Shown one piece after another: positions 26,562 through 34,125 of a stretch of 46,517 bases of DNA; position 1 is the first letter of the stretch, and each line of letters starts with the position of its first letter. Both the position numbers and the translations under genes were made by a program. The notes beneath the pieces are model-generated. The model saw only the letters and a list, made by a program, of their open reading frames with translations. It was not told where the DNA came from and searched no databases. This stretch comes from Elusimicrobiota bacterium. GTDB lineage: Bacteria > Elusimicrobiota > Elusimicrobia > UBA1565 > UBA9628. The DNA lies in NCBI GenBank assembly GCA_016204945.1, contig JACQJQ010000097.1, forward strand, positions 1-46,517, written 5' to 3'.

Positions 26562-26819
26562 TTAGCTGAGGTGCTTGCTGACGAGCTTCGTCATCTCGAA
26601 CATGTTGACGGTGGCCTTGCCGGCGAACACGGCCTTGAGCGTCGCGTCGGCGTTGATGTTGCGGCGGTTCTTCTTGTCCTGCAGGTTGTGCTTCTTGATG
26701 TACTGCCAGAGCTTCTTGACGACCTCGGTGCGGGGGAGCGGCTTGCTGCCGACGATCTCCGCGAGCTTGTCGCTCGGGGTGAGGGGCTTCATGAACGCCG
26801 AATTCGCCTTCTTCGCCAT
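26562..26819 (-). CDS. Stand-alone SWIB/MDM2 domain protein
   Basis: 85 aa: PSDKLAEIVGSKPLPRTEVVKKLWQYIKKHNLQDKKNRRNINADATLKAVFG...MFEMTKLVSKHL is the canonical SWIB fold signature. GGAG lies 9 nt before the ATG. Confidence 0.85.
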   Translation of the reverse strand: MAKKANSAFMKPLTPSDKLAEIVGSKPLPRTEVVKKLWQYIKKHNLQDKKNRRNINADATLKAVFAGKATVNMFEMTKLVSKHLS

Positions 26820-26900
26820 GTGAGTTGTCTCCTGGAAGCCGGCGCCTCAAAGGGCTTTCCCGGCGTTAACGCCCAATTCAACATGATTTCCCCTCGGAGG

Positions 26901-27374
26901 TCAAGGATTCTCCGTCGAGGCCTCGACGAGGCGGATGGCGTCGCGGCCGGACTCGCGAACCTCGTCGGGGACGTGGGGCAGTCCCAATTCCTCGTGGGTA
27001 TGCCAGCGGATGTCGTCGCTTTCATCCGGGCGATGGGCGTGGGCGCCCGCCTTGGCGCGCAGGTAGTAGATGAAGTCGATGTGGTGGTTGTGCCCGGGGA
27101 TTTCCTCGATCTGCACCCGCTGGGGCTCGTGCAGGGACTCGACGCGGCCGCCGCGCAGGACGGGCGCTCGCGGGGGCGAGATGAACTCGGCCTCGAGGCC
27201 GGTCTCCTCGCGCACCTCGCGCAGGACGCCCTCGTCCGTGGTCTCTCCCTCCTCGATGTGTCCGCCCGGGGGCAGCCACATCCCGAGCTTTTTGTGCTTG
27301 AGGAGGAGGGTCCGGCCGTCCCGGACCAGGTAGCCGGTGGCGACGAAGCAGCAGCGCCGCTTCGCCGCGCTCAA
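26901..27374 (-). CDS. NUDIX hydrolase
   Basis: Nudix box GGHIEEGETTDEGVLREVREETGL. The TTG start overlaps the upstream stop (TTGA). Confidence 0.9.
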   Translation of the reverse strand: MSAAKRRCCFVATGYLVRDGRTLLLKHKKLGMWLPPGGHIEEGETTDEGVLREVREETGLEAEFISPPRAPVLRGGRVESLHEPQRVQIEEIPGHNHHIDFIYYLRAKAGAHAHRPDESDDIRWHTHEELGLPHVPDEVRESGRDAIRLVEASTENP

Positions 27375-27829
27375 GGCGCCTGGTGGGAGGTGTCGAACGT
27401 GCGGCGCGCGGCGATGCGCTTCATTTCGGCGGCGGCGGCCGGATTCTCCCGAAGGACGAACTTGAAGTCGTCTGCGACCAAGGTGAACAGCGAGGTCGGC
27501 TCGGCGCAGACGACGCCGGCGTTGCGCGGCTCGTCGGAGATCAGCGCGGTCTCTCCCAGGAAGTCGCCGGCCCTCAAGGTCGCGACCTTCTTCGAGAGCA
27601 CGAGCCAGCGCCGCAGGCGGATCTCGACGCTGCCCTGGTGGACGATGTAGAACGCGTCGCCCTTCTGGCCCTGCGAGAAGACGGTTTCGCCCTTGTCATA
27701 GGAGTAGAGCATGATCGAGGGCAGCACGCGGTCGAGCTGGCCGACGGTGAGCGGGGTGAAGAACTCGACCTTGCGCAGCATGTTGGCGAGGAGCCCGAGC
27801 GCGTCCGCGCCGATCTCGATTTTTTTCAT
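27371..27829 (-). CDS. Stand-alone cyclic-nucleotide-binding (CAP-effector type) domain protein, with no output domain
   Basis: 152 aa. Beta-roll with an intact phosphate-binding cassette: GDFLGETALISDEPRNAGVV. No HTH or other domain follows. Confidence 0.85.
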   Translation of the reverse strand: MKKIEIGADALGLLANMLRKVEFFTPLTVGQLDRVLPSIMLYSYDKGETVFSQGQKGDAFYIVHQGSVEIRLRRWLVLSKKVATLRAGDFLGETALISDEPRNAGVVCAEPTSLFTLVADDFKFVLRENPAAAAEMKRIAARRTFDTSHQAP

Positions 27830-27843
27830 GAGACGACTTTACT

Positions 27844-30800
27844 TTATTTCCGGGCGGGTTTCGCGTGCAGCTCGGCTTCGAGCAGGGCGGTGAACGCCTT
27901 CACCGCGGCGTCGAGGTTCTGCTTCGCGGTGGTCCTCGCGCGGCCCTGCCGGAAGGCGCGGGCCCGGCTGACTTCCGCGAGCGGCCTCTCCGCCTGGCCG
28001 GCGAAGATCTCGGCGAGCCGGGAGTCCGCGCCCAGGAAGGCGTCGTTGCGGCCGGGGTGAAGGTAGCCGATGACCTCGTAGAACTCGCTCTCCGTCAGGC
28101 CGCCGGCCTTGGCGAAGCGGGCGATTCGGTCCCGGTACCAATTTTGGTCGTGCGCCTCGAGCAGATCGGCCACCAGCTGGTTTTCCATCCGCCGCAGGAT
28201 GAGCCCGAGCTTGTCCACGGTCTCCGGCGGCAAGGACGAGAAGAACGCGTACTGCGACCCCCCCTCCGCGCCGAAGCGCTCGATGGTGCCGCCCCGGGGA
28301 TCGAAGCCGAGCTCGTAGACCGCCTTCCAGAGCAGCTTGGTCGCCTGCAGGATGTCGTTGGAAGGGCCCGGCGTGACGTCCAGCACCGAGAGGTCGCCGC
28401 GCGGGTCCTTGCTCATGAAGATCCGCTCCATCGCCCGCGAGCCGAGGGCGGAATAAAGCCGCGCGATCACGCTTCGCGCCGTCTGCTCCTGGGCGGCGTA
28501 CTTCACGTAGCCGCCGACTCCCGGCTTAGGGGGGACGGCCGTCGCGTACTCGAAGCGCAGGCCTAGCCGGACGGCGGCGTAGGCATGGCCGAACTCGTGC
28601 ACCGCCGTCTTGATCCGCTCCACGGGCAGGCGGCCCGTCGCGGCCAAGGGCGGGAAGATCAGCGCGATCTCCTTGCGGTAAAGCTCCAGTTTTTTGCGCG
28701 AGGCGCCGCTTCGAGGCGCGAGCGTGGCGATGATCTCGGACTTGCCGGGCTTGAAGTCGAGGATGATGGTCGCGGGCGCCGTGGCCAGGCGCGAGGACTT
28801 GGGGATGCGGGCCAGGGCCTCCTCCAAATGGGAGGCGATGCGGTTCTGCGCGACGACGACGGTGTTGCGCGCCCCTTCCGAGGGGATGACCGTCTCGCCG
28901 AACAGGTAGCGGCGGTAGGCGGGCGTCATCTCGACGGCGAGCCGGCTTTTGTCCGTCAGACGGGTCTTGGCGACCTTGTCGGCCTGAAGCGCGATGAGCT
29001 TCCTGTAGTCGGGAGCGTCGAGCGGATTCATGATGTGCGCGCGCGGCATGAGCCGGCTGACGGTCTCGGGCAGGAACATGCGTCCCAGGACCTGCTTGAG
29101 CGCCGACGGCGTCATGGCCAAGGTCCGCGCCGCCCGCCGGGTGTCCTCGATGCTGGTCAGCCGCGGGTCGGCCTCGAAGCCGAACAGGTCGCCGCGGAAG
29201 TTCATGGTGATGATGTTGTAGGCGTCGCGTATGTCGATGACTTTATCGCGCCCGTAATCGCTTTTCGCCGGGATCGACGCCGTGCCGTCCTGCAGCAGGT
29301 CCTTGATGGCCGCCATGATGGGGCGGTTGACGACCATGCCCTGCTGATCGACCTCGAAGACCTTGTCGAGCTCCTCGAACAAGACGACGAACTTGCCGCC
29401 CTTGGCCTCTTTGCGGGCCACGGCGATGCCTTCGGCCAGGGTCTGTCCGAAATTCGCCAGGGCGTCCTGGGCGTCCGACGAGAAGGCCTGCATGTTGACG
29501 CGGACGGCGGGAAGATCGAGGTGCTTGGCGGCCAGATTGGCCAGCTCCGACTTGCCGATGCCGGGGAAGCCGGCGAACACGAGAAAGGGGGGCTGGCTGG
29601 CGACGGGTCCCGGGCGGTTGAGATAGGCGTTGAGCTCCTTCTCCACGAGCCGGCTGTGCTCCTCTTGTCCTATGAGGGACGCGTTGATCTTCTCGGCCAA
29701 CCCGGCGGCCAATTTCCGGCTCTTGGGGAAGCGGGCGGCGAAGACCTCTTTCTTGGTCGTGCGTTTTTCCTTCTCGGCCTGTTCCGGGAAATCGGGAGGG
29801 GCCGAGGCGATGCCGTCGGGCTGGGCGAAGAGCTTGGCGCTCGCGTCGAACTGCGCGGAGAACGTGAAGGCGGTTCCCGCCGCCGGTTTGCCGGAGCGCG
29901 ATAGCCGGGGAGTGACGGTCACTTCGGCCCGTTCGGTCTCGGGATTGAAATCCAAGGAGATCAGGCGCGGCTGGGCGAGAGACGGATCGCCCTCCCTGGA
30001 CGCCTTGGCGCCGAAATGAATCAACTGCTCGGCGAGAGCGTTGACCTTGGCGATCGTTTCGCGGGCGCCCGACGGAGCGAACACCGCGTTCCGGCGCAAG
30101 AACTCCATGAACGCCTTCGTATAGGAGACCGAGAGCCGCTTCGCGGCGTTGTCTTCCGTCGTCTCCTTTTCGATCGTGGCGTCGAGGGTCAGCTTGACGA
30201 TTTGAGCGTAGTCCGAGGCCGAGAGCGGCTTCATGATGACGGTGTTCGGAGCCAGGCGGCTGACCGTGTTGGCGCGGAACAGGCTGCTGAGCAGCTTGTA
30301 GCGCGCCGCGGAGTCCTTCTGGATCCAGGCGTCGAAGGCCTGGAAGTCGTCGATCGTGAAGTCGTAGTACTTCTTGGAGGTCTTGAGCGCGCTCGCGGAG
30401 AAATCCTCGATCTCCTTCGGACTGAAGTTCATCGTGGTGATGATCATGGCGTTGGAGAATCGGACTTCCGTCGCGTACTCCCCGGAGAGGAAGCCGTCGG
30501 TCAGGATTTGGTTGAGAGCCCCGATGAACGGAGTCGTTTCCTCCCCGGTCGCCGTGATTTCCGGCAGCTTGTCGATTTCATCGATCAGCAGGATGTACGG
30601 CTTATCCTTGTTCCTATCCGCGATTTCTCTGAGATCGTCCGCGTAGTCCGACGCGTTTCCGCCGCCTTTGACGTACTTCTGGACGTCGAGGCGCTCCACC
30701 TTGAATCCCAGCCGGGCGATCGCGTCCAGGATAGCGGTTTTCCCGATCCCGGGCAGGCCGATCAGGTGGGCGGCGATGGGGTCCTTGGTCCGCGAGCCGA

Positions 30801-31365
30801 AGCCCTCGAAATACTGGACGAGCCGGTCCTGCACGATCTTCGTCGCGCGGTCCTGCCCGATGATCCTGCGATCCACGAGCTCCTTGAGGCTGCGCGCCTG
30901 CTTGATGAGAGCTTGGCGTTCGTCCTCCCCGAAGCGCGCGGCCGCGATCTCGCGCTTGCGGTAAGGCGCGGACGTCTCGGCGCGCGCGGCGCCGTTTTCC
31001 GGCGCGCCGCCCTCGAAGGCGGCCGCGGCGGCGTCGGCGGACTTGGATGCGCCGTCGAGCGCGGCCTTGGCCGCGACCGGCTGGTCCTGGGCGGGGGTCG
31101 CCGCGGGAACGAGGCCGGCGGCCGGCGTCAGGGCGATCGGCGCGGCGAGAGGCGTGAGCGCGAGGTTCGCGGGCGCGGGCGTCATCGAAAGGTTCGGAGC
31201 CGGGGACAGCCCGCCCAGCGCGGGGCCCACGGCGGCCGAGACGCCGGTCCCGGAACCGATCGGAGCGACTCGTCCCAGCGTCTGCGACCGCGCTTCGCGC
31301 GCTCCCGGTAAAGCGGCGAGAAAGGCGGCCAATGCCAAGCGCGAGAGGATGCCGTTGAGGGTCAT
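27844..31365 (-). CDS. 1173-aa protein: N-terminal hydrophobic signal/anchor, Ala/Pro-rich leader, two ClpB-D2-like (AAA_2) ATPase modules, and a C-terminal FtsH-type M41 zinc peptidase
   Basis: Module 1: IIGQDRATK..., GLPGIGKT (30736-30759), ILLIDEIDK, MIITTMNFS, SRLAPNTVIMKPL. Module 2: LIGQEEHSR..., GFPGIGKS (29548-29571), VVLFEELDK, NIITMNFRG, SRLMPRAHIMNPL. Peptidase: HEFGH (28585-28599), then GPSNDILQATKLLWKAVYELGF, which parallels FtsH GASNDIERAT. Confidence 0.8.
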   Translation of the reverse strand: MTLNGILSRLALAAFLAALPGAREARSQTLGRVAPIGSGTGVSAAVGPALGGLSPAPNLSMTPAPANLALTPLAAPIALTPAAGLVPAATPAQDQPVAAKAALDGASKSADAAAAAFEGGAPENGAARAETSAPYRKREIAAARFGEDERQALIKQARSLKELVDRRIIGQDRATKIVQDRLVQYFEGFGSRTKDPIAAHLIGLPGIGKTAILDAIARLGFKVERLDVQKYVKGGGNASDYADDLREIADRNKDKPYILLIDEIDKLPEITATGEETTPFIGALNQILTDGFLSGEYATEVRFSNAMIITTMNFSPKEIEDFSASALKTSKKYYDFTIDDFQAFDAWIQKDSAARYKLLSSLFRANTVSRLAPNTVIMKPLSASDYAQIVKLTLDATIEKETTEDNAAKRLSVSYTKAFMEFLRRNAVFAPSGARETIAKVNALAEQLIHFGAKASREGDPSLAQPRLISLDFNPETERAEVTVTPRLSRSGKPAAGTAFTFSAQFDASAKLFAQPDGIASAPPDFPEQAEKEKRTTKKEVFAARFPKSRKLAAGLAEKINASLIGQEEHSRLVEKELNAYLNRPGPVASQPPFLVFAGFPGIGKSELANLAAKHLDLPAVRVNMQAFSSDAQDALANFGQTLAEGIAVARKEAKGGKFVVLFEELDKVFEVDQQGMVVNRPIMAAIKDLLQDGTASIPAKSDYGRDKVIDIRDAYNIITMNFRGDLFGFEADPRLTSIEDTRRAARTLAMTPSALKQVLGRMFLPETVSRLMPRAHIMNPLDAPDYRKLIALQADKVAKTRLTDKSRLAVEMTPAYRRYLFGETVIPSEGARNTVVVAQNRIASHLEEALARIPKSSRLATAPATIILDFKPGKSEIIATLAPRSGASRKKLELYRKEIALIFPPLAATGRLPVERIKTAVHEFGHAYAAVRLGLRFEYATAVPPKPGVGGYVKYAAQEQTARSVIARLYSALGSRAMERIFMSKDPRGDLSVLDVTPGPSNDILQATKLLWKAVYELGFDPRGGTIERFGAEGGSQYAFFSSLPPETVDKLGLILRRMENQLVADLLEAHDQNWYRDRIARFAKAGGLTESEFYEVIGYLHPGRNDAFLGADSRLAEIFAGQAERPLAEVSRARAFRQGRARTTAKQNLDAAVKAFTALLEAELHAKPARK

Positions 31366-31369
31366 CGTT

Positions 31370-33148
31370 TCAGTACCAATCCTCGATTTCCGTGGATGTG
31401 CCGCGCCAAAGCTTCCTTTCGGCGGCGCTCAGGAAGCGCTTGTGGACCACGATCTCGAAGACGTTCTGGTCGAACCACTCGCGGTAGAGATGGTAGACGC
31501 CCTTGTTGCCGGCCTGCTCGCCCCAGGAGTTCTCCACCTTGAACTTGACGACGGGCTTCCGGGGGTCCGGCTGGTCGAGGCCGGTGAGGACCATGGCGTG
31601 ATTGACTCCGATCCGGCCGAAGTAGGCGGCCTGCTTGCGCGTCAGGGACGGCGTCGCCTCGTCCGGCGTGAACTCATAGAGCGGCGCGCGGTCGAAGACG
31701 TCCGGGTGCATGATGCCGGTTTTGTGGTCGATGTCCCGGCCGGCGTCGGCCGCGAACCAGACCGGCTGGCCGCCCCTGATCGCCCGGGCGGCCAAGGCGG
31801 CGAGGCGCTCCGAGCGCACGTTGAGGAAGCGGAGGTCGAAGCCGGGTTGCCCGGGCGAGGATTTGCCGATGGCGGAGTTCCTCACCTCGTAGACCTTATC
31901 CGTCTTTTTGCCGGGGTAGCTCGAGACCGAGAGATAGTCGTTCGGGTTGAACTTCACGAAGTCGCGGGCGAACTCGCGCGGAGTGTAGGTCTTGAGGCGC
32001 GCTTGCGTGCTCTGGACGCGGCCGGACGTCCGCGTCCGGCCCGCGCGCCGATGCTCGAAGCGCGACGGAGGCGCGCCGAGGTGCGTGACGAGGATCTTCC
32101 AGACGCGCGTCATGCCTCGCTCCTGGATGTCCCGGGCGAGGCTCGCCTCGCGGCCGGCCTTGTACTGCTTGGCGTTGGCCAGCATCTCCGCGCCGGTGGC
32201 GGCCAGGCTGTCCTGGAGCTCCGCGAGCATCGCCTCGGTCGCTCCGGAGCTGATGGTCTCGCCCATGGCGCTCTTGGGGATCAGGCCGTATTTGGAGACG
32301 AGGAAGGCGAAGTACTCGTACCAGCCTCCGTCCCCGAGATTGGGGGTGACGGCCATGCGGCGCCGGTCGGCGGGAAAATCTTTCGGCGACGAGCGCCGAT
32401 AGACCTTTCGGGCGACCTCCTCGAGGTGCCGGTTGGATTTTTCCAGCATGTTGAAGAAATGGAGGTAGTTTTCCGAGAACTCGAAGTCCTTCGGCGCCGT
32501 CTTGTCGGCCAGCAGCGTGGACCGGATCATGTTGAGGCCGGCGAAAATCCAGCAGCGTCCGGACTGCTGCTGATCGGTGATGGGGCCCATGGGAATCTCG
32601 ACGGTGTAGGCGTCGGCGTGATTCTCGAGAACCCGGCGGTTGATCGCGGCGTTCCGGAATCCCACGCGCTGGACGATGTCCTGCAGGCGCCGGCTCTGGG
32701 CGTCGGCGGACCGGCCGCGGGCGATCATGGCGTCGATCCACGGCAGCGGGATGCCCTCGCCCGGACGCTGCGGGCCGCTTCCATCGAAGGCGGCGTCGGC
32801 GCCGGACTTGGACGCGTCGTCGCTCGACTCGGGGGCGCCGAGGGCCACGGCCTGGAGCGCCGCGCCTTCGAGCGCGGCATGAGCGGCTGCCGGCCTATCC
32901 TCGGAGGAAAGCGCCGTCGGGACGAGGCCGGGGGCGGGCGTCGGAGCGAACAGGAGCGCGGCGTCCGGATTCGCGGGCAAAAGCGCCGAGGCCGGGATCG
33001 GCGCCGCCGAGGCCGCGCCGAGCGGCGCGCCGACCGCGCCCAGGCCCGGAACCGCCGCTCCGATCCTAATCGCGGTCTGCGCGTGAAGCGGGACTCCGGA
33101 AAAAACGGCGAGGAGGGCGCTCAGCAGGGCGCGCGATATGGGTTTCAT
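31370..33148 (-). CDS. C1B-family cysteine peptidase (aminopeptidase C / bleomycin hydrolase-like) with signal peptide and Ala/Pro-rich leader
   Basis: MKPISRALLSALLAVFSGVPLHA signal. Catalytic motifs QQQSGRCWIFAG, VNHAMVLTG, VENSWGEQAGNKGV. Its stop lies 4 nt before the next ATG. Confidence 0.85.
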   Translation of the reverse strand: MKPISRALLSALLAVFSGVPLHAQTAIRIGAAVPGLGAVGAPLGAASAAPIPASALLPANPDAALLFAPTPAPGLVPTALSSEDRPAAAHAALEGAALQAVALGAPESSDDASKSGADAAFDGSGPQRPGEGIPLPWIDAMIARGRSADAQSRRLQDIVQRVGFRNAAINRRVLENHADAYTVEIPMGPITDQQQSGRCWIFAGLNMIRSTLLADKTAPKDFEFSENYLHFFNMLEKSNRHLEEVARKVYRRSSPKDFPADRRRMAVTPNLGDGGWYEYFAFLVSKYGLIPKSAMGETISSGATEAMLAELQDSLAATGAEMLANAKQYKAGREASLARDIQERGMTRVWKILVTHLGAPPSRFEHRRAGRTRTSGRVQSTQARLKTYTPREFARDFVKFNPNDYLSVSSYPGKKTDKVYEVRNSAIGKSSPGQPGFDLRFLNVRSERLAALAARAIRGGQPVWFAADAGRDIDHKTGIMHPDVFDRAPLYEFTPDEATPSLTRKQAAYFGRIGVNHAMVLTGLDQPDPRKPVVKFKVENSWGEQAGNKGVYHLYREWFDQNVFEIVVHKRFLSAAERKLWRGTSTEIEDWY

Positions 33149-33154
33149 CGGCCT

Positions 33155-33160
33155 ATTCTA
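33155..33160 (-). promoter_or_regulatory. -10-like box TAGAAT, 6 nt upstream of the C1B peptidase ATG
   Basis: The minus strand reads ccgtTAGAATaggccgATG, within the 74-nt gap after the acyltransferase gene. Confidence 0.4.
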
Positions 33161-33222
33161 ACGGCATTGGGCGCGCGCGCGCGTGGGCCAACGGGGCCGG
33201 GAGAGGCGGGGAAAGGGCCTAT

Positions 33223-34125
33223 CTAAAGGGGGGCCAAACGGTCCGACCAGTCGACGTTCTTGAAGCGCCGGTGCGCCCACAGGGCCTGGGCGGGCCTCGC
33301 GCGCATCCAGCCCTCGAGGTGGGTCGCCAGGCGCTGGTTGTCGGCCTTGTCGTCGTCGGTCAGCGGGATCTCGGGCTCCAGGATGACCACCAAGCGGCCG
33401 TCGGCTTCGCGCCGCGCGGACGCGGGCAGGATCGCCGCGCCGGTGCGGCGGGCCAGCGGGGCGATCGCGGCCACGGTGTGGACCTTGACGCCGAACAGGC
33501 GCATCGGCTCGCCCATGGGCGGGGGCATGTACTGGTCCATGACGAAGATGACCCCGCGGTTGTCGCGGAGGGCTTTGAGGACGGCCGGGAGCGTGCGCGG
33601 CTGATAGGCGGCCGTCACGCCGACGGAGAGGCGGGTCTTCTCCATCCACTCGTGAAGCCACGCCGGCTTCAGCCGGCGCGTGACGATCGTCAGGCGCATG
33701 TCCGTGACGGCCCCGATGGATATGGCGATCTCCCAGTTCGCCATGTGCGAGCCGAGAAACAGCACGCCCTTGCCCCGCGCCGCCGCCTTCGCCCAGTTCT
33801 CGTGGCCCTCGATCGCGATGATGCGCTTAATGTAGGAGGGGAAATGGCCCGGCAGCGGCGCGAACATGTGCGCGAGCTCGAGGACCATCCGGCCGTAGTG
33901 CTCGTAGTTCTCCCTCAGCAGGGCGCGTCTGCGCGCGGCGGAGAGCTCCGGCAAGCAATGCGCGATGTTCTCCGCGGCGATCCGGCGGCGCTTGGAATCG
34001 ACGATCAGCGCCGCGCGGCCCAGGAACGCGCCGAGCGCCATCTCCCAGGAGCGCGGCAGGGCGGCGGCGAAAAGACCGATTCCGTGCAGCGGGACGCGCA
34101 GCAGCAGCGCCAGGACCGGGTTCAC
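33223..34125 (-). CDS. Lysophospholipid / lipid A biosynthesis acyltransferase (LpxL/HtrB family)
   Basis: GTG 34125 overlaps the upstream stop (GTGA). A 300-aa protein with an N-terminal anchor and the acyltransferase region LGSHMANWE (H-x4-E/D type). The track start at 34911 is a shadow extension. Confidence 0.8.
   Translation of the reverse strand: MNPVLALLLRVPLHGIGLFAAALPRSWEMALGAFLGRAALIVDSKRRRIAAENIAHCLPELSAARRRALLRENYEHYGRMVLELAHMFAPLPGHFPSYIKRIIAIEGHENWAKAAARGKGVLFLGSHMANWEIAISIGAVTDMRLTIVTRRLKPAWLHEWMEKTRLSVGVTAAYQPRTLPAVLKALRDNRGVIFVMDQYMPPPMGEPMRLFGVKVHTVAAIAPLARRTGAAILPASARREADGRLVVILEPEIPLTDDDKADNQRLATHLEGWMRARPAQALWAHRRFKNVDWSDRLAPL

Noticed and set aside
26862-26873. The 12-nt palindrome GGCGTTAACGCC upstream of the SWIB gene, as a possible operator.
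   Set aside because: Perfect 12-nt palindromes are expected by chance several times in a window of this size. There is no second copy or other support.
26332-27374. A genomic island or integrative element at tRNA-Glu.
   Set aside because: There is no integrase, no direct repeat of the tRNA 3' end, and no phage or transposon genes. The flanking genes (SWIB, Nudix) look like ordinary chromosomal genes.
33171-33183. An alternating (GC)n tract, gcgcgcgcgcgcg, in the promoter region of the C1B peptidase gene (potential Z-DNA).
   Set aside because: It is short, and such tracts are common in very GC-rich DNA. There is no supporting evidence for a function.
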